64,000 bases of DNA from Betaproteobacteria bacterium (lineage in GTDB: Bacteria; Pseudomonadota; Gammaproteobacteria; Burkholderiales; SG8-41). Shown here piece by piece: positions 9,255 through 17,783 of the stretch (its first letter is position 1; each line of letters begins with the position of its first letter). The DNA is taken from the NCBI GenBank assembly GCA_028291945.1, contig JAQGNH010000120.1, positions 30,328-94,327 on the forward strand, written 5' to 3'. The notes below the pieces were generated by a model. That model was not told where the DNA came from. It saw nothing but the letters and a program-made list of their open reading frames with translations, and did no database searches. Position numbers and translations under genes: made by a program.

Positions 9255-9716
9255 GCGATTTGAGCAGGGGGCTTGGAGGCCCCCAGATCCGAGCCCAAGC
9301 GACCCCGCATGGCGTCAAAGAATTAGGACACCGCAGCGTGGAGAAGGGGCCCGGATTCCGGGGATCGACCGCACAAGCGGCCACAGACGAAACATGAACG
9401 CTCAAACGTCCGCGCTCATATGCAGGCGTGATTAGCCTCGACCCATGGAGTCAAAGGAGCGCGTGGGAGGGCGGAGCAGGGGCCCCTTTGGGGATGCGAC
9501 CCCGGACGCGCGCATCGATTTCGGAACAGAAGCGAGAACGGCTGGACGCCCGGCGGCGATTCTATAATCGATCATCCTCGACGCATCGAGTCAAAGAAGT
9601 AGGATGCCGCAGCTTGGAGGAGGGGCCCCGGTTTCCGGGGATCCGACCGCGGAGGTGGCCACAGACTTCGGACCAAACACGTGAACGCTCAAACGTCCGC
9701 TTTCTTATACATGTGA
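9255..9716. repeat. Degenerate tandem repeat, 3 full units (136/140/145 bp) plus a partial unit, each starting with a pseudo-copy of the rho 3' end
   Basis: Copies of the rho stop-codon position lie at 9296, 9432, 9572 and 9717 (the real one). Units 1 and 3 share an exact 19-mer, tgaacgctcaaacgtccgc. Every unit keeps a GC hairpin with a 3-nt loop. Confidence 0.85.
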
Positions 9717-10976
9717 TTAGCCCCGACGCATCGAGTCGAAGAAGTCGGCGTTGTTCTTCGTCGCCTTCACCTTGTCCAGCAGAAACTCGGTCGCCTCGAG
9801 CTCGTCCATCGGATAGAGCAGCTTGCGCAGCACCCAGATCTTTTGCAGCACGTCCTGCTTGATGAGCAGCTCTTCGCGCCGTGTGCCCGAGCGGTTGACG
9901 TTGAGCGCAGGGAAGATGCGTTTTTCGTACATGCGCCGGTCAAGATGGACTTCCATGTTGCCGGTGCCTTTGAATTCTTCGTAAATCACGTCGTCCATGC
10001 GCGAGCCGGTGTCGATCAGCGCCGTAGCGAGTATCGTCAGCGAGCCGCCTTCCTCGACATTGCGGGCCGCCCCGAAGAAGCGCTTCGGACGCTGCAATGC
10101 GTTGGCATCCACGCCGCCCGTCAGCACTTTGCCGGACGCTGGCACGACCGTGTTGTAGGCGCGGGCGAGCCGCGTGATGGAGTCGAGCAGAATCACGACG
10201 TCTTTCTTGTGTTCCACCAGACGCTTGGCTTTCTCGATGACCATCTCGGCGACCTGCACGTGACGCGAGGCGGGCTCATCGAACGTCGAGGAAAGCACTT
10301 CGCCTTTCACCGAGCGCTGCATTTCGGTGACCTCTTCGGGCCGCTCGTCGATCAGCAGCACGATCAGGACGACTTCCGGGTGGTTCGCCGTAATCGCGTG
10401 CGCGATGTGCTGCATCAGCACCGTCTTACCGGCTTTCGGCGGCGAAACGATCAGTCCGCGTTGGCCTTTGCCGATCGGGGCGATGATGTCGATGATGCGG
10501 CCGGTGAAGTTTTCTTCGGCCTTGATGTCGCGTTCGAGTTTGAGGTGTTCGGTGGGGTGGTAGGGCGTGAGGTTTTCGAAGAGGATCTTGTGCTTCGAGT
10601 TCTCGGGCGCCTCGCCGTTGACTTTGTCGACCTTGACCAAGGCGAAATAGCGCTCGCCATCCTTCGGCGTTCGGATCTCACCTTCGATCGTGTCGCCGGT
10701 GTGCAGATTGAATCGGCGTATCTGCGACGGTGAAACGTAGATATCGTCCGTGCCTGCGAGGTAAGACGTATCGGGCGACCGCAGGAAGCCAAAGCCGTCC
10801 GGCAGCACTTCCAGCGTGCCGCCGCCGTATATCGATTCGCCTTTTTTCGCCTGGTTCTTGAGCAGCGCGAAAATCAGCTCCTGCTTGCGCAACCGGTTCG
10901 CGCCGTCGACTTCGTTCTTGACGGCCATGTCGACGAGCTCGCCGACGTGGAGATTTTTTAGATCGGATAAGTGCAT
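9717..10976 (-). CDS. rho: transcription termination factor Rho
   Basis: [19 protein letters not shown]-terminus, RNA-binding domain, Walker A PPKAGKT. 419 aa. Confidence 0.98.
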   Translation of the reverse strand: MHLSDLKNLHVGELVDMAVKNEVDGANRLRKQELIFALLKNQAKKGESIYGGGTLEVLPDGFGFLRSPDTSYLAGTDDIYVSPSQIRRFNLHTGDTIEGEIRTPKDGERYFALVKVDKVNGEAPENSKHKILFENLTPYHPTEHLKLERDIKAEENFTGRIIDIIAPIGKGQRGLIVSPPKAGKTVLMQHIAHAITANHPEVVLIVLLIDERPEEVTEMQRSVKGEVLSSTFDEPASRHVQVAEMVIEKAKRLVEHKKDVVILLDSITRLARAYNTVVPASGKVLTGGVDANALQRPKRFFGAARNVEEGGSLTILATALIDTGSRMDDVIYEEFKGTGNMEVHLDRRMYEKRIFPALNVNRSGTRREELLIKQDVLQKIWVLRKLLYPMDELEATEFLLDKVKATKNNADFFDSMRRG

Positions 10977-11113
10977 GGACTGATCGCGCGATACGCGGTT
11001 AAAACCAGGGAAAAGGATGCGGGAGGACCTGCGCCCGCGCCTGAACTGCTCGATTCTTATTTATGGGGGAGCGGCCTAAGGAAGTACAGGCGCTGGCAGG
11101 AAGGTTAGCTAAG

Positions 11114-11440
11114 TTAAATATGACTGTCAATAAATGCCGTCAGCTGCGACTTCGAGAGCGCGCCGACTTTGGTGGCTTCGACGGCGCCATTCTTGAATAT
11201 CATCAGCGTCGGTATGCCGCGAATGCCATACTTGGGCGGCGTGCCCTGATTCTCATCGATGTTGAGCTTTGCTACTTTCAAGCGGCCGGAATATTCCTTG
11301 GCCACTTCGTCGAGAATGGGCGCGATCATTTTGCAGGGACCACACCACTCCGCCCAGTAATCCACGAGGACCGGCGTAGAACATTGCAGGACCTCGGGTT
11401 CGAACGAGTCATCGGTTACGTAGATCATATGTTCAGCCAT
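11114..11440 (-). CDS. trxA: thioredoxin
   Basis: [18 protein letters not shown] active site. 108 aa from ATG 11440; the longest ORF starts at 11464. Confidence 0.95.
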   Translation of the reverse strand: MAEHMIYVTDDSFEPEVLQCSTPVLVDYWAEWCGPCKMIAPILDEVAKEYSGRLKVAKLNIDENQGTPPKYGIRGIPTLMIFKNGAVEATKVGALSKSQLTAFIDSHI

Positions 11441-11635
11441 GTGTGCGCCTTGATGATTTAGCAAACTTGCCAGTGAGAAGGGTCGCGGGGAACTCGGGAT
11501 CAGCGATTATCGTAACCAAATTCGCCCCCCTTGGGAAGCGCGCGAACCGGTGCGATGACGACGATATCACGTTGTTTCTGCTAACATAGGTCCTTTTCGC
11601 TGCGTTTCAAGCCCAGCGCTCAAACAAGGAAAATC

Positions 11636-11959
11636 ATGACCTACGTTGTCACCGAGACCTGCATCAAATGCAAGTACACCGATTGCGTTGATGTGTGCCC
11701 GGTCGACTGCTTCCGCGAAGGTCCCAACATGCTGGTGATCGATCCGGACGAGTGCATCGATTGCACGCTGTGCGTGGCCGAATGTCCGGTCGAAGCGATC
11801 TTTGCCGAGGACGACGTGCCAGACAGCCAGCGTGAGTTCACACAGCTCAACGCCGAGCTCGCCAAGGTCTGGAAGCCGATCATCGAGAAGAAGGATGCGC
11901 CCCCGGATGCTGACGAGTGGGCACAGACGAAAGAAAAGAAACAGCTGCTAGAGAAGTAG
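11636..11959 (+). CDS. fdxA: 7Fe ferredoxin (FdxA type)
   Basis: [26 protein letters not shown] and [12 protein letters not shown] cluster motifs. 107 aa. Confidence 0.93.
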   Translation: MTYVVTETCIKCKYTDCVDVCPVDCFREGPNMLVIDPDECIDCTLCVAECPVEAIFAEDDVPDSQREFTQLNAELAKVWKPIIEKKDAPPDADEWAQTKEKKQLLEK

Positions 11960-12022
11960 CGCAACTGCACCGTTCGCGTGCATCCGCGTCAGCCGAGCTT
12001 ACTGTTTGACGCCGATTCAGCC

Positions 12023-12613
12023 CTAACGGGGTTTGGCAGCGGGCTTGCTGACCTGGACACGCTCGGCGGCGAGTTTGTCTTGGGCGTCGGCTCTGGCACT
12101 CAGGTTTACCTCGGCCCCGGGCACCAGCGCTGAGCGGTCCGCATCAACGAGCTCCGAGATCGGCAGGTTCTGCGGCACCACGATCCTCTGTGAGCCGCCT
12201 TTGTACGTGAGAACCAGCTCGCGGCCTTCCGTGGCCTGAACCGTTGCCGACACGGTCGCATTGGTCATTGTGGATCCGGGTTGAAAGTCCGAAGGGCGAT
12301 GACCCTCATTCGACGGCGCCGGAAAGCGCCGGACCTCCGCCGCGACGAGCGTTCCGTCGGCGCGTTTCATGGCGGCCACACCCACGAAATCGTTTGGTTT
12401 GATGTCGCTGAGCGCGATGGGTGAGGTGGAGACGATCGTTGTTTTCGGCGTCAGCTGAATCTCCGAGATCGTTCCTTCACGTGACTTGACCGTGAGCATG
12501 TCGCCGCGCAGCGCGGCAATCGAGCCGCGCACGCGAACAGGGTTTTGCGCTTCGGCTGAAGCGGCGGAAAAAAGAACGACGCTGAGAAGCAGTGCGGTGA
12601 TAGTCGTGTCCAT
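12023..12613 (-). CDS. secreted hypothetical protein with two similar beta-rich halves (possibly DUF5666-like), paralog A
   Basis: Signal peptide ends AEAQ. VRVRGSIAALRGDMLTVKSREG..., and the second half repeats the pattern. Paralogous to 12658..13254. Confidence 0.65.
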   Translation of the reverse strand: MDTTITALLLSVVLFSAASAEAQNPVRVRGSIAALRGDMLTVKSREGTISEIQLTPKTTIVSTSPIALSDIKPNDFVGVAAMKRADGTLVAAEVRRFPAPSNEGHRPSDFQPGSTMTNATVSATVQATEGRELVLTYKGGSQRIVVPQNLPISELVDADRSALVPGAEVNLSARADAQDKLAAERVQVSKPAAKPR

Positions 12614-12657
12614 CTGAGCCTTTGAAAAAATAATGGTGAGGGTGATTTGCGCCTGCT

Positions 12658-13254
12658 CTATTGCGGCGGCCGGACACCGTCCCGGCTCACTTGTATTCTC
12701 TGAACGGTCATCAGCCCATCGGCGCCAACCTGGGCAATGCTGAAGATATATTCGCCGCGCTTCAGGTACGAGCGGTCGACCGGTGTGTTAGTCACGATCG
12801 GCGTGCCTTGCGGCACCAGTATCTTCTGCGAGCCGCCTTTGTATTGCAGCGTGACATACTGGCCGCCTGCCGACTCCACCGAAGCGACGTTGGCGTTTGT
12901 CATCATCGATTCCGGCTCGAGATCCCACGGGCCGTGACCTTCCGGCGTCGTCGGTGCGAGCGTGTGGATTTCCACTGCGACACGTGCCCCGTCCGGGCCT
13001 GAGCGGGTGGTGGCGCCCACATAGTCGCCCGCTTTGAGATCGCTCAGCGTCATCGCTTTCGCGGCAACGATGGTGGCGTTATCGGCGAGCTTCAGCTTGA
13101 GATCTTTACCGTCGCGCGATTTGACCGACAGAACCGACCCGTCAAAATCGTTGATCGTACCGCGCACGCGCAAGGTCGATTGCGCATGGACCGAGACAGT
13201 TGCCATGCCGAACAGACCCAAAAGGATCCATCGCTTGACGTTTGTGTATACCAT
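12658..13254 (-). CDS. secreted hypothetical protein with two similar beta-rich halves (possibly DUF5666-like), paralog B
   Basis: Signal peptide ends VHAQ. LRVRGTINDFDGSVLSVKSRDG...MTNANVASVESAGGQYVTLQYKGGSQKILVPQGTPI aligns along its length with paralog A. Confidence 0.65.
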   Translation of the reverse strand: MVYTNVKRWILLGLFGMATVSVHAQSTLRVRGTINDFDGSVLSVKSRDGKDLKLKLADNATIVAAKAMTLSDLKAGDYVGATTRSGPDGARVAVEIHTLAPTTPEGHGPWDLEPESMMTNANVASVESAGGQYVTLQYKGGSQKILVPQGTPIVTNTPVDRSYLKRGEYIFSIAQVGADGLMTVQRIQVSRDGVRPPQ

Positions 13255-13410
13255 GGTCGCGCTCCTTCGGGTTGCGATGCGGCACGGAAACGTACTGATT
13301 ACAGCAGCTCTGTTCGAATTATTCCCGCTGCATGAGTGTGTATCAGTGTTGGCCGCCGGCGCAACCCCCAGCTATTCCGTATCGGCGCTACACTCTTTTT
13401 GACGTCAGCT

Positions 13411-13429
13411 TGCGGCGCATTGCGCCGCA
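13411..13429. promoter_or_regulatory. 19-bp perfect palindrome upstream of the quinone oxidoreductase gene
   Basis: tgcggcgca-t-tgcgccgca, 21 nt upstream of ATG 13450, preceded by TGACGTCA (13400-13407). It is either an operator or a 5'-UTR hairpin; function unknown. Confidence 0.25.
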
Positions 13430-13449
13430 CTTAGCGAATCGGAGCACCC

Positions 13450-14421
13450 ATGAAATCCTACTGGATCGTTACGCGCGACCACGAAGCTACCCTGGAGCGG
13501 CGCGAGGTCGCGCAGCCGCAGCCCAAACCGGGCGAAGTGGTGGTGAAAGTCCACGCGAGCGCGTTGAACCGCGGAGAGCTCATTGTCGGAGGCGTGGTGC
13601 ACGGCGGTCCTGAGAAGATCGGCGGCAATGAAGCATCGGGCCTTATCCACGCGGTCGGCGCGGGCGTGACCGGAATCAATCCCGGCGACCGCGTCATGGG
13701 GCGCGCGCGGGGGGCTTTCGCTGAATATGCGCTGATGGACGCACACCAGGTTCTGCCGGTGCCGGCCAAACTCACCTGGGAGCAGGCGGCTGCGACGCCG
13801 CTCAGCTTTATCACGGCCTACGAAGCCGTAGTCATGTACGGCAGGTTACGAGAAGGAGAGTGGCTGCTCGTCACCGGGGCCTCATCCGGCGCTGGCGTCT
13901 GCAGCATACAGATAGCCCAGGTTCTTGGCGCACACACGATCGGAACGTCGGGATCGGCCGAGAAGCTCGAGAAGCTGAAAGCGGTTGGCCTCGACGTCGG
14001 CATCAAGACACGCGCGCCCGATTTTGCGCCGAGAGTGCGGGAAGTGACGGAAGGCGCCGGGGCCAATCTGGCTGTGAATCTGGTTGGCGGATCAGTTTTC
14101 CCGGAATGCTTGCGTGCTCTCGCGCGCAAAGGCCGCGTGGCGGTGGTCGGTTACGTCGACGGCGAGCATCACGCCGACATCGATCTGTCCGCCGTCCATG
14201 CCAACCGGTTCGAAATTTTCGGCATTTCGAATGCAAAGCTGAAGCCGGAAGAACGCGCTGAAGCGACACGCGGTTTCAGACGCGACATTCTGCCGGCCAT
14301 CGAGAGCGGACGCATTACACCCGTCGTCGACCGCGTCTTCAGCTTCGATGAGCTTCCTGCTGCGAAGGCGCACATGGAGTCGAATGCGATGGTGGGCAAG
14401 ATCGTTGTGAAGATCGCGTAA
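13450..14421 (+). CDS. NADPH:quinone oxidoreductase / zinc-type alcohol dehydrogenase superfamily (MDR)
   Basis: GEVVVKVHASALNRGE, LVTGASSGAGVCSIQIAQVLGA (Rossmann fold), C-terminal GKIVVKI. Confidence 0.85.
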   Translation: MKSYWIVTRDHEATLERREVAQPQPKPGEVVVKVHASALNRGELIVGGVVHGGPEKIGGNEASGLIHAVGAGVTGINPGDRVMGRARGAFAEYALMDAHQVLPVPAKLTWEQAAATPLSFITAYEAVVMYGRLREGEWLLVTGASSGAGVCSIQIAQVLGAHTIGTSGSAEKLEKLKAVGLDVGIKTRAPDFAPRVREVTEGAGANLAVNLVGGSVFPECLRALARKGRVAVVGYVDGEHHADIDLSAVHANRFEIFGISNAKLKPEERAEATRGFRRDILPAIESGRITPVVDRVFSFDELPAAKAHMESNAMVGKIVVKIA

Positions 14422-14500
14422 AGTTCTACGCCGCGCCTTCGCTTACGCTCCGCGCGAAGGCGAGGTAGGCGGCCACAATAAAAAGGCAACAGCAGCATAG

Positions 14501-14536
14501 AAAGGTCGCCAAGGACGCGAAGGACGCAAAGGACGC
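14501..14536. repeat. Four tandem 9-mers (aaaggtcgc caaggacgc gaaggacgc aaaggacgc)
   Basis: Read directly. Same 9-mer family as 6826-6959. It lies between convergent genes and is followed by the inverted repeat TTAAGA-n6-TCTTAA. Confidence 0.7.
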
Positions 14537-14612
14537 AATTAAGAACATGCTCTTAAGCTGCGGGGACTCGGACGCAAAGCACTGCATTCCCGCGCTTCGA
14601 TACGCAATTGAA

Positions 14613-15785
14613 TCAGTTGGCGACCTTGCTTTTCTCCTTTGCGGCGTCAATGCTTTTTTTCTTCGGCCGCGTGAGCGCAGAACCGCCGCCGAGTAGGATC
14701 GCGCACGTCCAGAATATCGGCGCAAGCCCGAGCGCAGCACCCACCGCGCCGAAAACAGGCGGGATCACCACGTGTGCGCCATAGCTCACTGTGAGCCGCA
14801 TCGCGATTGCTTCCGCTGAACGGTCAGGCGGCGCTGCGTTGAATGCGAGAATCATCGAGAGGGGCTGCCCGCAGCCGAGACCCAACCCGAGGACGAACGA
14901 TGCCAATCCCAGAACCAGCGGCTGCTTCGCGAACGGCACCGCTATGAATGCGAGTGCAGACACGACGAGTGCACCCGCCATCATGGCATGCTCTCCCCAG
15001 CGCGCCGTGACAGGGGGTATCGCAAGACGCGTCACGAACGCGGCAATACCGAACGCGCCCATGATGAGCCCGATCGACGTCGCGCTGAAGCCGAGACTGT
15101 GTGTGTAGACCGGCATGTACAGATTGAATAGATCGAGCCCCGCCATCACCGTACCGTTTGCGAGCAGCGCATTGCGCAAATCGGACAGTGCGAGCAGGTC
15201 CTTTGCGCTGCGGTTGACTTTCCTGTCGACGTTGCGGATCGTGTTCGGTATGCGGTTGCGTCGAGCAAACAGGAGCATGAGGCAAGCGCAATTGATTGCG
15301 GCGAGCACAGCGAACGTCAATGGATGCCTGAATGCGTCGATGCAAAGGCCGACCAGGACGGGGCCCACGATCGCGGCCGAGGATTCCGCGAGGCTGTAAT
15401 AACTGAAATTGCGCGTGCGAGACTCAGCGGACGACAGCACGCCGACGAGGTTTTGAGTCGCAACAACGAACAGCATGGTCGTGCATCCACCGAGCGCAGC
15501 CGAAAGATAGAGCGCAGTCAGGCCCGGGAACGCGAAGGGAAGCAGGAGACTTACCGTAAAGCCGGCAAGTCCGCAGTACATGAGAACGCGGTTGTCGAAG
15601 CGGTCTGCGAGTCGGCCGGCATAGATCGACAACACAAAGGGAAACACCCCCCATATCGCGAAGAGCATGCCCGTTTGCAACGGCCCTGCGCCGAGCTCGA
15701 CGGCAAAGAGCGTCGCGAGAATTCGATAGCCCTTGGTGCTGACGAACGAGATCGAGCAGAGAACGAGGAGCAGGACGATCGGCAT
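14613..15785 (-). CDS. MFS transporter
   Basis: 390 aa, about 12 hydrophobic segments, with a GRLADRFDNR loop typical of MFS motif A. Confidence 0.8.
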   Translation of the reverse strand: MPIVLLLVLCSISFVSTKGYRILATLFAVELGAGPLQTGMLFAIWGVFPFVLSIYAGRLADRFDNRVLMYCGLAGFTVSLLLPFAFPGLTALYLSAALGGCTTMLFVVATQNLVGVLSSAESRTRNFSYYSLAESSAAIVGPVLVGLCIDAFRHPLTFAVLAAINCACLMLLFARRNRIPNTIRNVDRKVNRSAKDLLALSDLRNALLANGTVMAGLDLFNLYMPVYTHSLGFSATSIGLIMGAFGIAAFVTRLAIPPVTARWGEHAMMAGALVVSALAFIAVPFAKQPLVLGLASFVLGLGLGCGQPLSMILAFNAAPPDRSAEAIAMRLTVSYGAHVVIPPVFGAVGAALGLAPIFWTCAILLGGGSALTRPKKKSIDAAKEKSKVAN

Positions 15786-15902
15786 GGAGAGTTGCGATTA
15801 TAGTTGTGATGCAGATCGACGAGCACCGCGTGAGCCATTGCACTTGGCGCGAGAACGCTTCGTCTAGCGTGCGGCTCCTCATCACCGTGCTAGGATAGCG
15901 CC

Positions 15903-17687
15903 GTGGCACTCCCTCCCGGTTTCATCCCTCCGCCTCGCGGCGATGTCGCACAGCTCCTCCGCCTCGCCCGCTTTCTCAGGCCTTATCGCGGCCGCATAGC
16001 TACGGCACTCGTCGCTCTCGTGGTCGCCGCAGGCTGCGTGCTTGGGCTCGGCCAGGGTCTGCGGCACGTGATCGATGCCGGGTTCGGCAGCGGCGATCCT
16101 CACCTGCTCAATGCAGCGTTGATCGGTGTCGTCGTCGTGTCGGTGATTCTCGCCGCAGCCACATGGACACGTTTCTATCTGATGATGAGCGTTGGCGAGC
16201 GGGTGATCGCGGATCTGAGGCAAGCTGCTTTCGCGCATGTCGTAAGCCTTTCGCCTGCATTCTTCGATTCGGTTCGCACCGGTGAGATTGCGTCCCGGCT
16301 CACGAACGATACCGAGCAGATACGCCAGGTGATCGGCTTCGGTTTGTCCATGTTCCTGCGCAACGGGCTGATGATGATCGGCGCGCTGGTACTGCTGTTT
16401 CTCACGAGCATCAAGCTCGCCGCGATGATCGTTCTCGGCGTGCCAGCGACGATCATTCCCATCCTTGTCATGGGCCGGCACGTCAGACACCTGTCGCGCG
16501 TGAATCAGGACCGCGTCGCAGATGTCTCCGCACACATCGACGAGTCATTGCACGAGATCCGCACCGTACAGGCCTATGGGCACGAAGCAAGCACACGGGA
16601 GCAGTTCGACTCGGCGACTGAAGCCGCGTACGCGGCCGGCGTACACCGCATACGCATCAAAGCGTGGTTGATCTCGCTCGTCATGCTGATCGGCTTCTGC
16701 GCGATCGGCGTGATCATGTGGATCGGCGGTTACGATGTTTTCGCCGGCCGCATCACCGCGGGACAGCTTTCAGCTTTCGTGTTCTACGCGGCTATGGTCG
16801 CGAGTGGAGCGGGCACCGTGTCGGAAGTATGGGGAGAGATCCAGCGTGCTGCAGGCGCGACCGAACGTCTCATGGAGCTACTCGATACCCGTCCGGTGCT
16901 GACCACCGCGGCACCGGTGATCACGCTGCCCCCGCGCGTCTCAGGCTCGATTCGTTTTGACGAGGTCACGTTCTCCTATCCCACGCGTCCCGAAAACGTT
17001 GCAGTCGGTCCCATCTCCTTCGACGTTCGCCCTGGCGAACGGGTCGCACTGGTCGGTCCTTCGGGTGCAGGTAAATCGACGCTTTTCGGCTTGATTCTCC
17101 GCTTCTACGATCCCAACGCGGGCCGCATCCTCTTGGACGGTGCAGATTTACGCCACTGCGAACCGCAGCAACTAAGACGCGCAGTCGCGCTCGTACCGCA
17201 AGACCCCGTCATATTCGCGACCAGCGTGACCGATAACGTGCGCTTCGGCCGGCCGGGAGCTTCGATGGACGAGGTGAGGTCTGCGTGCGTTGCAGCGCAC
17301 GCGCTCGAATTCATCGAGCACCTGCCGCAGGGCTTCGAGACTGATCTCGGCGAACGCGGGGTGAAGCTTTCGGGAGGACAGCGTCAGCGCATTGCAATTG
17401 CGCGCGCGTTGCTCGCCGACCGGCCCATCCTGCTGCTCGATGAAGCGACGAGCTCGCTCGACGCTGAAAGCGAGCGCCACGTCGCGCAGGCGCTCGAGCA
17501 GCTTGCGCGGGGGCGCACGACGCTCGTGATCGCGCATCGGCTCGCGACGGTTCGCAACGCCGATCGCATCATCGTGCTGGAGCGCGGGCGAATACATGCG
17601 GTGGGCACCCATCAGGCGCTATTACGTGAAAACGGGCTTTACGCTCACCTTGCGCGGCTGCAGTTCATGGAAGGCGAAGCGGCTTAG
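15903..17687 (+). CDS. ABC exporter, fused permease/ATPase (MsbA/ATM1-like)
   Basis: Six-TM N-terminal half. Walker A GPSGAGKST, signature LSGGQRQRIAIARAL, Walker B ILLLDEATSSLD. GTG start. Confidence 0.9.
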   Translation: MALPPGFIPPPRGDVAQLLRLARFLRPYRGRIATALVALVVAAGCVLGLGQGLRHVIDAGFGSGDPHLLNAALIGVVVVSVILAAATWTRFYLMMSVGERVIADLRQAAFAHVVSLSPAFFDSVRTGEIASRLTNDTEQIRQVIGFGLSMFLRNGLMMIGALVLLFLTSIKLAAMIVLGVPATIIPILVMGRHVRHLSRVNQDRVADVSAHIDESLHEIRTVQAYGHEASTREQFDSATEAAYAAGVHRIRIKAWLISLVMLIGFCAIGVIMWIGGYDVFAGRITAGQLSAFVFYAAMVASGAGTVSEVWGEIQRAAGATERLMELLDTRPVLTTAAPVITLPPRVSGSIRFDEVTFSYPTRPENVAVGPISFDVRPGERVALVGPSGAGKSTLFGLILRFYDPNAGRILLDGADLRHCEPQQLRRAVALVPQDPVIFATSVTDNVRFGRPGASMDEVRSACVAAHALEFIEHLPQGFETDLGERGVKLSGGQRQRIAIARALLADRPILLLDEATSSLDAESERHVAQALEQLARGRTTLVIAHRLATVRNADRIIVLERGRIHAVGTHQALLRENGLYAHLARLQFMEGEAA

Positions 17688-17783
17688 CAAATCGTCTCCC
17701 TTGAACTACGCATTTCGAGCGATAGACGCCGCAGGCCGTACTCGATAGTCACGTTGAGATAGCTCCGCAAGGGTGCGGAACCT

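Noticed and set aside
9255-9716. Whether the periodic repeat could be a CRISPR array.
   Set aside because: The period is about 140 bp, the units are degenerate along their whole length, there is no repeat/spacer alternation, and no cas genes are present in the window.
9428-9862. 144-aa + strand ORF spanning the tandem repeat and the 3' end of rho.
   Set aside because: It runs antisense into rho, has no RBS, and its sequence is a by-product of the repeat. The repeat units are not in a conserved reading frame.
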